Positions 21,052-30,220 of a stretch of 64,000 nt of DNA are shown here, in pieces; the stretch's first letter is position 1, and each line of letters opens with the position of its first letter. The stretch lies in the NCBI GenBank assembly GCA_964469405.1, contig CAYXYP010000003.1, positions 2,573 through 66,572 on the forward strand, written 5' to 3'. The notes beneath the pieces are model-generated. The model saw only the letters and a list, made by a program, of their open reading frames with translations, searched no databases and was not told where the DNA came from. This DNA comes from an uncultured Candidatus Saccharibacteria bacterium. GTDB lineage: Bacteria > Patescibacteriota > Minisyncoccia > Phycocordibacterales > Phycocordibacteraceae. The translations under genes and the position numbers were made by a program.

Positions 21052-21354
21052 ATGGTGCTTCCCATGCACGGGAAAGAACGGCTGCAATTCGGTAATATCA
21101 GGCACATTCTTCTCGCACAGCAAGCGCACCTTCGTACACTGTATGCTGAGAAGTTTGAGCTTCAACGCATTCTTTTGAGTCTCGGTGTTACCTATGATCA
21201 AAAGTTCAAGCGCATGATTGTCCCTAAGAAAGGTAACGGACGGTACCAGCACGTCTTCAGAAAACTTTTGAACATCCAGGTGGAAATTAACTCCGTCCAC
21301 CGAATTATTCAGATGAAACAAGCTGAGATATTCTTCTCACAAATGGCCGACTAG
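21052..21354 (+). CDS. Orphan hypothetical protein (100 aa)
   Basis: AAGGAGG SD; stop codon lies inside a terminator hairpin. Confidence 0.65.
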   Translation: MVLPMHGKERLQFGNIRHILLAQQAHLRTLYAEKFELQRILLSLGVTYDQKFKRMIVPKKGNGRYQHVFRKLLNIQVEINSVHRIIQMKQAEIFFSQMAD

Positions 21355-21373
21355 AGAATCTAGTCGGCCATTT
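21341..21373 (+). terminator. Terminator hairpin, copy 1
   Basis: AAATGGCCGACTAG-AGAAT-CTAGTCGGCCATTT followed by a T-run. Confidence 0.75.
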
Positions 21374-21445
21374 AATTTTTTTTGACAAAAAGTAGTACTA
21401 GAGCATAATAGAGACAGAAGGCGAAAAACTAACTAAGGAGGGGCT

Positions 21446-22057
21446 ATGTTTATCATCAGCAGCATTCTTGATCAATGGTTCGATGAACGGACAAAGGTAT
21501 GCATAGACCCTCTTCGGGAAGTACGAGCACATTTCAGCGAGTCGTTGAGATATCACATAAAAGAATCTCAACAAGAGGTGCCAGGATCTTATGGAATCGA
21601 TTTCTGTGCCTCGCGAAAGACTGGCCAGCGTACCGTGTATCCGGAAATCTATTGGGAGACTCAATTCGGATTCGTACTGTTTGTACGAGAGGCATCGGGG
21701 TATACGCCCATTGCTTCGATTGGTTTCGAAAAGAAATCGACGTATCTTTTCGTCCGGCAATTACAAGGTGTCAAGGGCATGAAGAAATTTCTTTGCCCAC
21801 TCCATTGGGAAAAGCTCTTGTATGTAACTGTCGTCAAATTTGCTCGCGAACTGGGACTAAAAGAAGTGCGTGTATGTCCCGCGGAAAAATCGAATTATCA
21901 TCCATTTGGAAATTCAGAATGTGCTAGAGGGCTCACACTTAGTGAATGTGCACAGCGCGCGGAACGGCTCCATCTCATATACAACGTGACGCCAAAAAAA
22001 TGCGGATTTATATGGGACGAGGATTCGCGTACGCATACCTATGTACTCCCGGAATGA
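21446..22057 (+). CDS. Hypothetical protein, possibly VirK/DUF535- or GNAT-like
   Basis: TTGACA-16-CATAAT promoter, AAGGAGG SD; VRQLQG..FARELGLKEV..KKCGF pattern is only a weak match. Confidence 0.55.
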   Translation: MFIISSILDQWFDERTKVCIDPLREVRAHFSESLRYHIKESQQEVPGSYGIDFCASRKTGQRTVYPEIYWETQFGFVLFVREASGYTPIASIGFEKKSTYLFVRQLQGVKGMKKFLCPLHWEKLLYVTVVKFARELGLKEVRVCPAEKSNYHPFGNSECARGLTLSECAQRAERLHLIYNVTPKKCGFIWDEDSRTHTYVLPE

Positions 22058-22064
22058 GCGGTGC

Positions 22065-22093
22065 AAACGGCCACTTCTAAGAAGTGGCCGTTT
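22065..22093 (+). terminator. Terminator hairpin
   Basis: AAACGGCCACTTCT-A-AGAAGTGGCCGTTT. Confidence 0.7.
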
Positions 22094-22209
22094 ATATAAT
22101 GCATATTGAAAATTCTTTATAGGACACAATTGGTATTGTCTTTGCAAAAAATGCGGCAAGCGAGTAGGCTAGCCCGAGGAGACACTTGTACATTCTAAAA
22201 GGAGGTTAC

Positions 22210-22662
22210 ATGGCACTTTTCGCAAGGAAGATATGTGGGTCTGTATCTGTTACGGATTCTAACAAACACCACATCTCTCTGGTTGAGATTGCTAATCAAA
22301 ACAGTACTTTTTTGGAGTTCATATTGTTCATCAAAATCGTCTCTTCTGTCAAAATCCATCCAGCGAAAAAGAAAGCTGTTATTATCCGCCTCATGTATCT
22401 CGAGGAAAAAGAAGTTGACAAGGCTATCCGACGATATTTCTCTCCGCATGGGGGAGTAGCGGAAAATGTCCCAGGAATTAACGACGAACGGTGGAAAGTA
22501 GTACGACCGTGGTTCCTCGGACTGGCAAATATTACAAAAAGAAAGTCCGGTTGGATAAGAATCCATAAATCTTATCATTTTTCGCGGCCGAAATCCGGAA
22601 CTCGGTTTTTTGGTCGCTATGCTCCCCAGCGTGTTTTGTTATTGATTGAGGGTAAAAAGTAA
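22210..22662 (+). CDS. Orphan basic hypothetical protein (150 aa)
   Basis: AAGGAGG SD before ATG 22210; TTGCAA-17-TAGGCT upstream. Confidence 0.65.
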   Translation: MALFARKICGSVSVTDSNKHHISLVEIANQNSTFLEFILFIKIVSSVKIHPAKKKAVIIRLMYLEEKEVDKAIRRYFSPHGGVAENVPGINDERWKVVRPWFLGLANITKRKSGWIRIHKSYHFSRPKSGTRFFGRYAPQRVLLLIEGKK

Positions 22663-22688
22663 TAACGCCGCAGCTTTGTGGATAATAT

Positions 22689-22719
22689 CGGCCGACTAGG
22701 GAATCTAGTCGGCCGTTTT
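22689..22719 (+). terminator. Terminator hairpin, copy 2
   Basis: CGGCCGACTAG-GGAAT-CTAGTCGGCCG-TTTT; core is 24/25 identical to the copy at 21345. Confidence 0.75.
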
Positions 22720-22814
22720 CTATTAATGTAGTCAGCGTCGGAAATCTGCTGATTTCCGACGTGATTTCTGCTCGTTTGGGTGCAAACGAAAAAATCAAGT
22801 ATACTCAAAGGATT

Positions 22815-23840
22815 ATGGCGCACCAGTCTCTTTATCGCATTCATCGGCCTGCCACGTTTGCGGATGTCGTGGGGCAGGAGCAGGTCACAAAGCCGCTTGA
22901 GGAAGTGGCCAAATCTAAGAAGATTGGACATGCGTATCTCTTCGCTGGCTCACGTGGTCTTGGGAAGACCTCAGTCGCGCGCATATTCGCGAGCGCTATT
23001 GGCTGTACCGAAAATGATTTGTATGAAATTGATGCAGCAAGCAATAACAGTGTGGAAGATATTCGCACTCTCACCGAGGGTGTGTACACGTTACCGTTTC
23101 AGTCACCCTACAAGGTGTACATCCTCGACGAAGTGCACATGCTCTCCAAGGGCGCATGGAACGCGTTCTTGAAGACGCTTGAGGAGCCGCCTGCGTACGC
23201 CGTTTTCATTCTCGCGACAACCGAGCTTGAGAAAGTTCCTGAGACGGTTCAGTCGCGTTGCCAGGTGTTCGAATTCAAGAAACCGACGCGCGCAGTTCTG
23301 GCTAAAATGACTGCGGCTGTTGCGAAAAAAGAAGGATACACGCTAGCACCGGATGCCGCCGATTTAATTTCGATGCTTGCTGAGGGTTCGTATCGCGATG
23401 CGCTTTCGGTCTTGCAGAAAGTTTTTGCGGCGACCGAGGGTAAAACATTATCGCGTGAGACTGTCGAGGTAGCGACTAGCACACCGAAGAAGGAGCAGGT
23501 ACATGCGCTCATAAGTGCGCTCGCCGCAGGTGATCGGGGCTCGGCCCTTACGGCCATCGAGCGAGCGGGGAAATCGGGTGCAGATATGAAGCTCTTTTTG
23601 GAACTTGTGCTCGAGGCGCTCCGTGCTACGCTCCTTATTCGTTATGCGGCGGATCTTCGCGCCTCGCTCTTAGAAGAGCTCGGCGCGGACGAATTTTCTG
23701 CGCTCGAAAAATTTGCCAGTGAAAAGGGAATCACTCACGCGACCATGCTCGCTTTCCTTAATGCTGCCGAGCGCATTCGCTACGCGCCTATTCCGGCACT
23801 TCCGCTTGAGCTTGCCGTTCTCGAACTCTTTGCTGAATGA
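22815..23840 (+). CDS. dnaX: DNA polymerase III subunit gamma/tau, short form
   Basis: LYRIHRP..VGQ, GSRGLGKT, EIDAAS, ILDEVHML, LKTLEEPP, SRC. Confidence 0.95.
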   Translation: MAHQSLYRIHRPATFADVVGQEQVTKPLEEVAKSKKIGHAYLFAGSRGLGKTSVARIFASAIGCTENDLYEIDAASNNSVEDIRTLTEGVYTLPFQSPYKVYILDEVHMLSKGAWNAFLKTLEEPPAYAVFILATTELEKVPETVQSRCQVFEFKKPTRAVLAKMTAAVAKKEGYTLAPDAADLISMLAEGSYRDALSVLQKVFAATEGKTLSRETVEVATSTPKKEQVHALISALAAGDRGSALTAIERAGKSGADMKLFLELVLEALRATLLIRYAADLRASLLEELGADEFSALEKFASEKGITHATMLAFLNAAERIRYAPIPALPLELAVLELFAE

Positions 23841-24640
23841 AGGGAGATATAATTCGTTTTTCAGTACTCGGCATTGTTCTCGCAATAGCGGGTGGAGGTC
23901 TCTACTATCAATATCAAAACTCCCGCCCCTGTACTCGTCCGATCTCATACGCCATTGGTGCGGTTGACGCACGTTTTGGCATCACGAAATCGGCACTCAT
24001 TAGTGATACTGAGGTTGCTGCGGCTATCTGGAATAAAGCGATGGGGAAGACTCTACTTGCTTATGACCCGAATGCGGCATTGAAAATTAGCTTTATCTAT
24101 GACGAGCGTGAGGCGAGTGCCAAACTTGGCGCAAAGATTCTTCAGCAACAAGAAGATTTGGATAGTGCGCGAGCAGCTCTCGACGCTGAGCAATCGCGAT
24201 TCGTTACAGAGCAATCGGCGTACAATCAAACCGTGAAGACTATAAATGCTCGCGGAGGAGCCACTCCTAGCGAGGCCAGAGATCTTTCAAAGCAACAAGA
24301 ATCTCTAAAACAACTTGCGGACTCGATCAATAATCGGGTCGCAAGCTTCAACACAAGTGTTACGGCGCTGAATGCCGTGACTGCAGAGTACAATCAGAAT
24401 ACTGGACATACCTTCGAACAGGGGAAGTACGTTCGAGATTCAGCGGGGGAGCGCATCAGTATTTTTGAATTCATTGGTGAGGCACAACTCAAGCGCGTAC
24501 TCGCGCACGAGTTTGGACATGCGATTGGTCTCGACCATAACAATGATTCCAAATCCATCATGTTCGCCAAGAACGAGAGCGGTAACCTGGTTCCGACTCA
24601 ATCCGATCTCTCCGCGCTTCAGGCTGTCTGCGGGACGTAA
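23837..24640 (+). CDS. Matrixin (M10) family metalloprotease with coiled coil
   Basis: N-terminal TM, HEFGHAIGLDH, Met-turn SIM. Confidence 0.85.
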   Translation: MKGDIIRFSVLGIVLAIAGGGLYYQYQNSRPCTRPISYAIGAVDARFGITKSALISDTEVAAAIWNKAMGKTLLAYDPNAALKISFIYDEREASAKLGAKILQQQEDLDSARAALDAEQSRFVTEQSAYNQTVKTINARGGATPSEARDLSKQQESLKQLADSINNRVASFNTSVTALNAVTAEYNQNTGHTFEQGKYVRDSAGERISIFEFIGEAQLKRVLAHEFGHAIGLDHNNDSKSIMFAKNESGNLVPTQSDLSALQAVCGT

Positions 24641-24727
24641 CTAATACCTGCAGATAGAATTGAATTATCAACATTCGAACTGTTAGATATAGGCCACTAG
24701 GCATATGTCCATGATACGATTGTCAGG

Positions 24728-25439
24728 ATGAAAAATCTCCCAAAAGAAAAGGAGCACGCAATTCAACTTCGCAAGCAGGGAAAAACATACGGAGAGATTG
24801 CGAAGAAAATTAAAATTGCAAAATCCACACTCTCTTTGTGGTTACGGAAAGTTGAAGTGTCCGCAGAATTTATTACCCGCCTTCGCCAAAAGAAATTAGA
24901 TGCCGTTAGACTTGGCTGGGCGGCGCGGAGGAAAGAGCGCATTGATAGAACTCAGCGGGTTACCGTATCAGCTCGAAAAGAAGTTAAGCAGCTTATGCGT
25001 GACCCTCTCTGGCTTGTCGGAGTAACGCTCTATTGGGCGGAAGGGCATAAGGAGAAACTTTGGCGTCCTGGAGCACTTGTCACCTTTACGAACATGGACG
25101 AGAACACAATTGTTCTTTTTATGGGTTGGTGTCGTCAGTTTTTGTCCGTGGCTAGAGATGGCTTTATCTGCAGTCTTTATATTCATGACTCGCATAAGGC
25201 GCGCGCTACTGAAGTGCAGAAATGGTGGGGGTGGCAACTTTCAATTTTCAATAAATCCCAAAAATATCACAGTATATTATAAAAAACATACCTTAAAACA
25301 TGTGCGACATAACGATGCTGCCGACTATCATGGTGTTTTCCGTGTTCGGGTGAGAAAAAGTGTGGATATGAATCGACGAATTGCTGGTTGGACATCCGAA
25401 CTAGTACGTTCGCTTAAAAATAAAAATGAGTTAGCATAG
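24728..25439 (+). pseudogene. HTH + LAGLIDADG-like endonuclease family gene, frameshifted
   Basis: HTH (LRKQGKTYGEIAKKIKIAKSTLSLWL), LYWAEG helix, FTNMD; the frame is restored by removing one TTTCAAT of the tandem at 25239-25252. Confidence 0.7.
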
Positions 25440-25459
25440 AGTATGCTCGTGCCCAGGGC

Positions 25460-25533
25460 TGGGGGATCGTCTAAAGGTAGGACAGCGCCCTTTGAAGGCG
25501 TGAATCGGGGTTCGATTCCCTGTCCCCCAGCCA
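25460..25533 (+). tRNA. tRNA-Gln(TTG)
   Basis: TGGGGGA..TCCCCCA-G-CCA; anticodon arm GCGCC-CTTTGAA-GGCGT; GGTTCGATT. Confidence 0.95.
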
Positions 25534-25634
25534 TGAGCAGGAGTTCAGTGCGAGGCGATTCCAAGTCCCCCAGCCGAATTGAAGTTTTTTCCAAGCGAAG
25601 CGATCCATTAGAAAAAAGCTTCAATTCGCTTCGC
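25534..25634 (+). repeat. tRNA-Gln trailer: duplicated 3' end plus GCGAAGCG hairpin
   Basis: 25556-25575 matches 25513-25532 (18/20); hairpin at 25575-25628. Confidence 0.75.
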
Positions 25635-25708
25635 AGTGCCGTCGCAGGCACAAGAAGGTATTGAAGTATTATTGAGGCAGGTTCGGACTCTGAGGAGGGT
25701 CTAGACGT

Positions 25709-26083
25709 ATGAAAACTTATAAAAATATAAATGAATATATAACAGATCTTCCAAAGGATTTTCTCTTAAAGCTGAAGGAAATACGATTTATAGTTAAGAA
25801 ACTTGTTCCTAATGGAGAAGAGACTATAAGTTATGGCATGCCGACAATAAAACTGAATGGGAAAAATTTTATCCACTTTGCTTCAATGAAAGGGCATTTG
25901 GGTTTTTATCCAACACCATCCGGGGTAAAGGTTTTTGAAAGTCAACTTAAGAAGCTAGGAATTGGCTATTCAAAAGGTTGCATTAGATTTTCTTATGATA
26001 AACCACTTCCAGTTTCACTTATAACGAGAATAATTACATTCCGTTTAAAGGAAGAAAAAATAAGGAATAAGAATACAGTTTGA
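25709..26083 (+). CDS. DUF1801/YdhG-like protein (AT-rich)
   Basis: INEYI, EETISYGMP, HLGFYP, SKGCIRF..KPLP. Confidence 0.85.
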   Translation: MKTYKNINEYITDLPKDFLLKLKEIRFIVKKLVPNGEETISYGMPTIKLNGKNFIHFASMKGHLGFYPTPSGVKVFESQLKKLGIGYSKGCIRFSYDKPLPVSLITRIITFRLKEEKIRNKNTV

Positions 26084-26247
26084 ATGGGAATGGGCTTAGG
26101 TAGCTTCATACTTGAAGGGAGATGGGAGACAGGAATTATTCACCGATGCGCGAATACTCTTTAATTCCTTAGACTGGCGGATGTCCCCATTGGTCCTATA
26201 AGGGGTAATTGATCCCTTTTTGTGCGGTGTACTATACTGTAATCATT

Positions 26248-27135
26248 GTGACGCATCAGGTACTGCTTTTCTATAAATACGTGACGGTCGAAAACCCGGA
26301 AGCATTAAAGGGCTGGGTGACTACGCGCGCGAAAGCACTTGGTCTTACCGGCAGGGTGATTGTTGCGGAGGAGGGTATTAATGGCACGCTCGAAGGTACG
26401 CTTCAGAATACGAATACATTTAAGGATGAGTTACTACTTGATTCGCGTTTCAGTGATATACAAGTCAAAACAAGTACCAGTCATGGCGATTCATTCCCAA
26501 AACTCTCGGTAAAAGTACGTGACGAAATCGTAGGTACTCGCTTTGATAAGAATACGGTAGATCCGCGTAAAGAGACGGCACGGCATCTGCGGCCCGAAGA
26601 ACTCCGTGCATGGTACGAAAATAAAAAAGACTTCGTGGTCGTCGATATGCGAAACGATTACGAATTCCTGTCAGGGCATTTTAAGGATTCAATAAATCCA
26701 AAACTCGATAACTCTCGTGATCTACCCGCGGCTATTTCGCGACTTGAACCGCTCAAGGACAAGACCGTGCTCACGGTATGTACAGGCGGAGTGCGCTGCG
26801 AAAAAATGTCCGCGTATCTTCTCACGGAGGGATTCAAAGATGTCTATCAGCTGGATAACGGTATACACGGATATATGGAAAAATACCCTGGCCAAGATTA
26901 TCTCGGCACGCTCTATACATTTGATCAACGCCTCACGATGGATTTCGGTGGCGATCGCGAAATCATCGGACGGTGTCTTCTCTGTGATGCCCAGACTGAA
27001 TTGTATGTAAACTGTTCCGACAATATGTGCCATCTACACTTCCTTGCTTGCGAAGCGTGTCAGAAGGAAAGTGGAACGTTCTGTTCACAAGAATGTTCGC
27101 GTAACGTCACACTCTTGATGGAGGTTTCGAGCTAG
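26248..27135 (+). CDS. trhO: Rhodanese-domain tRNA U34 hydroxylase TrhO (YceA/UPF0176)
   Basis: LLFYKY, EEGINGT, DMRNDYE, CTGGVRCEK, YTFDQR, C-terminal Cys cluster. Confidence 0.88.
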   Translation: MTHQVLLFYKYVTVENPEALKGWVTTRAKALGLTGRVIVAEEGINGTLEGTLQNTNTFKDELLLDSRFSDIQVKTSTSHGDSFPKLSVKVRDEIVGTRFDKNTVDPRKETARHLRPEELRAWYENKKDFVVVDMRNDYEFLSGHFKDSINPKLDNSRDLPAAISRLEPLKDKTVLTVCTGGVRCEKMSAYLLTEGFKDVYQLDNGIHGYMEKYPGQDYLGTLYTFDQRLTMDFGGDREIIGRCLLCDAQTELYVNCSDNMCHLHFLACEACQKESGTFCSQECSRNVTLLMEVSS

Positions 27136-27162
27136 TTCTATAGATAATATATACTGATAATT

Positions 27163-28071
27163 ATGACTAAAATAATACTGTATGTTTTTGTGGCGCTCGC
27201 CTTGATTGCTGGGTTTTTTTCTTTCACTAACTATAAGCAGTCAACTACGACAAATGACTACAAAAGTATTGAGTATGTCATCGACGGGCAGCATATAAAG
27301 CTTGTTAATGGGGTGTCTGAAATTCCAGCTGCTCCCGGCTCGGCGTCAAAGATAGTGACGCGATATTTCGGCAATGAAGTGCGCCACGACCTCAATGGGG
27401 ATGGGAAAGAGGATATTGTGTTTCTCGTGACGCAAAGTACTGGAGGAACCGGGACTTTCTATTACGTCGTCGCGGCACTTGCTATGCCTAATGGTGGGTA
27501 TGTTGGTTCACAAGCATTGCTCTTGGGTGATCGCATAGCTCCACAGACCACTGGAATGAGTAGGGAGGTTGGTAAGGAAAATATCGTCGTCGTTAATTAC
27601 GCAGACCGGAAACCCGGAGAAAGTTTTGCCGAGCGTCCATCGATGGGAAAGAGTATGTGGTTAAAACTTGATCCCGAGACCATGCAGTTTGGCGAAGTTG
27701 TGCAAAATTTTGAAGGCGAAGCCGATCCGAGTCGCATGTCTCTGTCCATGAAAACGTGGGTATGGGTACGTGCGGTCTACAATGATGGCAAGATAGTCAC
27801 CCCGAAAAAATCGCAAGCGTTTACTATTACCTTTGACAAGGATGGAAGATTTTCCGCCACCACAGATTGCAATGGAGTAGGAGGCAATTACACGGTCAAA
27901 GACAACAAAGTCTCTTTCGGCGATATGATGTCAACCCTTATGGCTTGTGAAGCCTCAGAAGAGGCGGTATTTACTAAACTTATTAGCGAGTCACAGACGT
28001 ATCACTTCACCTCAAAAGGAGAACTTATCCTTGGTCTAAAATTCGACAGTGGCTCCGTTATTTTTAGGTAA
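27163..28071 (+). CDS. Secreted protein with C-terminal META/HslJ domain
   Basis: Signal/TM helix; TDCNGVGGNY..MMSTLMAC. Confidence 0.75.
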   Translation: MTKIILYVFVALALIAGFFSFTNYKQSTTTNDYKSIEYVIDGQHIKLVNGVSEIPAAPGSASKIVTRYFGNEVRHDLNGDGKEDIVFLVTQSTGGTGTFYYVVAALAMPNGGYVGSQALLLGDRIAPQTTGMSREVGKENIVVVNYADRKPGESFAERPSMGKSMWLKLDPETMQFGEVVQNFEGEADPSRMSLSMKTWVWVRAVYNDGKIVTPKKSQAFTITFDKDGRFSATTDCNGVGGNYTVKDNKVSFGDMMSTLMACEASEEAVFTKLISESQTYHFTSKGELILGLKFDSGSVIFR

Positions 28072-28126
28072 GTTTTACCTAACTCAGACATTTTATTTCC
28101 GATGATAATTGCGCTAGTATAGTGAA

Positions 28127-28414
28127 ATGAATTTCAAAATAAACAAAACCCTATTGATATGGGGGAGTGTTGTGGCGACCGTCGTGATAAGTATTTCTAT
28201 CGTCTGGAGCACGTTCACTTCGAGCAGTTTCCGGTGCCCAAATGAATACGGAACAGCAGAACAATATATTACGGGAGTGACGGAGTGGGCGAGCGGACAG
28301 CTGGCAGGCTCGCCGAATATGACAAAGGAAGAGTTATTGAGTGAGCGGCAAAGATTATTTAAGGAGCACCACTGCGAGTCGTCGCGCTGGCCAACTCTGC
28401 CAAACGGACTCTAA
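28127..28414 (+). CDS. Small membrane-anchored hypothetical protein
   Basis: N-terminal TM, two Cys, -10-like TATAGT upstream. Confidence 0.6.
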   Translation: MNFKINKTLLIWGSVVATVVISISIVWSTFTSSSFRCPNEYGTAEQYITGVTEWASGQLAGSPNMTKEELLSERQRLFKEHHCESSRWPTLPNGL

Positions 28415-28444
28415 AAAAGCGCTATCTACCTTGGCTCCTGATTT

Positions 28445-28891
28445 GTGAAGGAATTTCTAAAATTGTTCCCATTATTTACTCGATATCGCATCGTACGTGT
28501 CAGGCGGCGTCGCAAAAGTACTCGTGGATCGCGGAAGCACTATCTCCAACATAAAGAGGCTGCCCGGACGTTAGTCATGCAGAAACTTGAGCAATTCAAT
28601 CAGCATTACGCTCTCTCATGGGGGAAGGTCGCTATCAGGAATCAAAAGACACGTTGGGGCAGCTGTTCAAAAAAAGGCAATTTGAACTTTCATTACCGTA
28701 TCGCTTTCCTTCCCGAATTGCTTCAAGATTACATTATCGTGCACGAGCTGTGTCACTTGAAGATGTTTAATCACTCACAAGATTTCTGGAATTTGGTTGC
28801 TGAACGAATTTCCAATTATCGGGAGTGTCGCAAAGGTTTACGGAAATTCAGTACCAGGAGTATGTCGACAGTAGAGCCTCCCCTGTTCTGA
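28445..28891 (+). CDS. YgjP/DUF45-like zinc metalloprotease domain protein
   Basis: RNQKTRWGSCS, DYIIVHELCH, NHSQDFW. Start uncertain. Confidence 0.85.
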   Translation: MKEFLKLFPLFTRYRIVRVRRRRKSTRGSRKHYLQHKEAARTLVMQKLEQFNQHYALSWGKVAIRNQKTRWGSCSKKGNLNFHYRIAFLPELLQDYIIVHELCHLKMFNHSQDFWNLVAERISNYRECRKGLRKFSTRSMSTVEPPLF

Positions 28892-28903
28892 TATAATCTC
28901 TGC

Positions 28904-30127
28904 ATGTTCGAATCAATTCCGTATCTTTGGCAGTACATACTGCAGACGATTGGGTTCTTTGCAATGTGTGCTTTCGTGGCGTATCTCAGTTTTCTCATTT
29001 TCAGGAAGCTTCATTCTCGTCGAGTCACGGCAATGTTTGTCGGCGTACTTTCTGTGGTCTCCGTTGCATTTTTTGTTGTGAATGGATTACCAAATGTCTT
29101 AGCGTACCCATTCTTCCTAAAAACATACGGACCGGCAGAAGGGCCGATACTTCCGTTGAAAAACGTATGGGCGTTTGTTACACATTTTGATTCTTTTGAG
29201 AAAGTCGCAAATATTGCTCGAAATCCAACGAGCCTTCCTGCTCCGTTGAATCGCTTAAAGCCCGAAAATGTTGTTATCGAAATGACTGCAAAAGAAGTGA
29301 TCTCTGAAATGGCTCCTGGTGTCACATTCAATTATTGGACATTCGACGGCGCTATCCCGGGACCGTTTCTTCGTGTGAGAGAAGGGGACACTGTTACATT
29401 GACGCTTCATAATGATGCGACAAGCCTGCACCACCACTCAATAGACCTTCACGCGGTTACGGGGCCCGGTGGAGGAGCCGCTGCGACTAACGTTGCGCCT
29501 GGGGAAAGTAAGACGATTACGTTCAAGGCTCTCAATCCGGGTATGTATGTGTATCATTGTGCCGTTCCGAATGTGGCCAGTCATATGGCGCATGGCATGT
29601 ACGGGCTGATTTTGGTTGAACCGAAAGAGGGTCTGTCGCCTGTTGATCACGAATTCTATGTTATGCAGGGAGAATTTTATAGTGCAGGAGCTCTTGGGCG
29701 CACCGGTCTGCAACTCTTCGATGCTGAGGCTATGCTTGACGGGAAGCCTCAGTACGTAGTGTTTAATGGGCGTACGGGAGCACTTGCAGAGAGTATGAAC
29801 GCGAAGGTTGGGGAGACAGTTAGGATCTACGTCGGCAATGGAGGAGTAAATCTAATCTCCAGTTTCCACGTCATTGGAGAAATCTTTGACAATGTATTTC
29901 GAGAGGGAGATCTCGTAAGTCCTCCAGCACCGAGTGTGCAGACGACGCTGGTTCCCGCGGGAGGTGCCTCTGTGGTGGAGTTCCGTGTCGATTATCCGGG
30001 AAATTACGTCCTCGTTGATCATGCCCTTTCTCGTCTTGATCGTGGCGCGTGGGGAGTCCTACATGTCACAGGTGAAGCAGATCCAGTTATCTTTACAGGT
30101 GAAATCCAGAAGGCTGGTGGGCATTGA
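28904..30127 (+). CDS. nirK: Copper-containing nitrite reductase with N-terminal TM helices
   Basis: HSIDLH, YHC, HMAHGMYG, SSFHVIGE, LVDH give the full type-1/type-2 Cu ligand set. Confidence 0.92.
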   Translation: MFESIPYLWQYILQTIGFFAMCAFVAYLSFLIFRKLHSRRVTAMFVGVLSVVSVAFFVVNGLPNVLAYPFFLKTYGPAEGPILPLKNVWAFVTHFDSFEKVANIARNPTSLPAPLNRLKPENVVIEMTAKEVISEMAPGVTFNYWTFDGAIPGPFLRVREGDTVTLTLHNDATSLHHHSIDLHAVTGPGGGAAATNVAPGESKTITFKALNPGMYVYHCAVPNVASHMAHGMYGLILVEPKEGLSPVDHEFYVMQGEFYSAGALGRTGLQLFDAEAMLDGKPQYVVFNGRTGALAESMNAKVGETVRIYVGNGGVNLISSFHVIGEIFDNVFREGDLVSPPAPSVQTTLVPAGGASVVEFRVDYPGNYVLVDHALSRLDRGAWGVLHVTGEADPVIFTGEIQKAGGH

Positions 30128-30220
30128 TTTTCCCACGGAATAGGAGTGGTGCGATTTTAGTATGGAATCATTAAAAATGTTTCCATACGGTCATCTTGAC
30201 TTGCGTTAAGTTTGCGTAGT

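Noticed and set aside
21341-22715. CRISPR or attC interpretation of the repeated hairpin
   Set aside because: Only two copies 1.3 kb apart, no spacer periodicity, no cas or intI, and no attC core sites.
24660-24712. Minus-strand tRNA-like fragment (GGACATATGCCTAGTGGCCTA..GTTCGAA)
   Set aside because: No anticodon arm or complementary acceptor; a cloverleaf cannot be built.
26084-26247. Possible structured RNA upstream of trhO
   Set aside because: Only one weak stem (AGGAATTA/TAATTCCT) and no recognisable riboswitch consensus.
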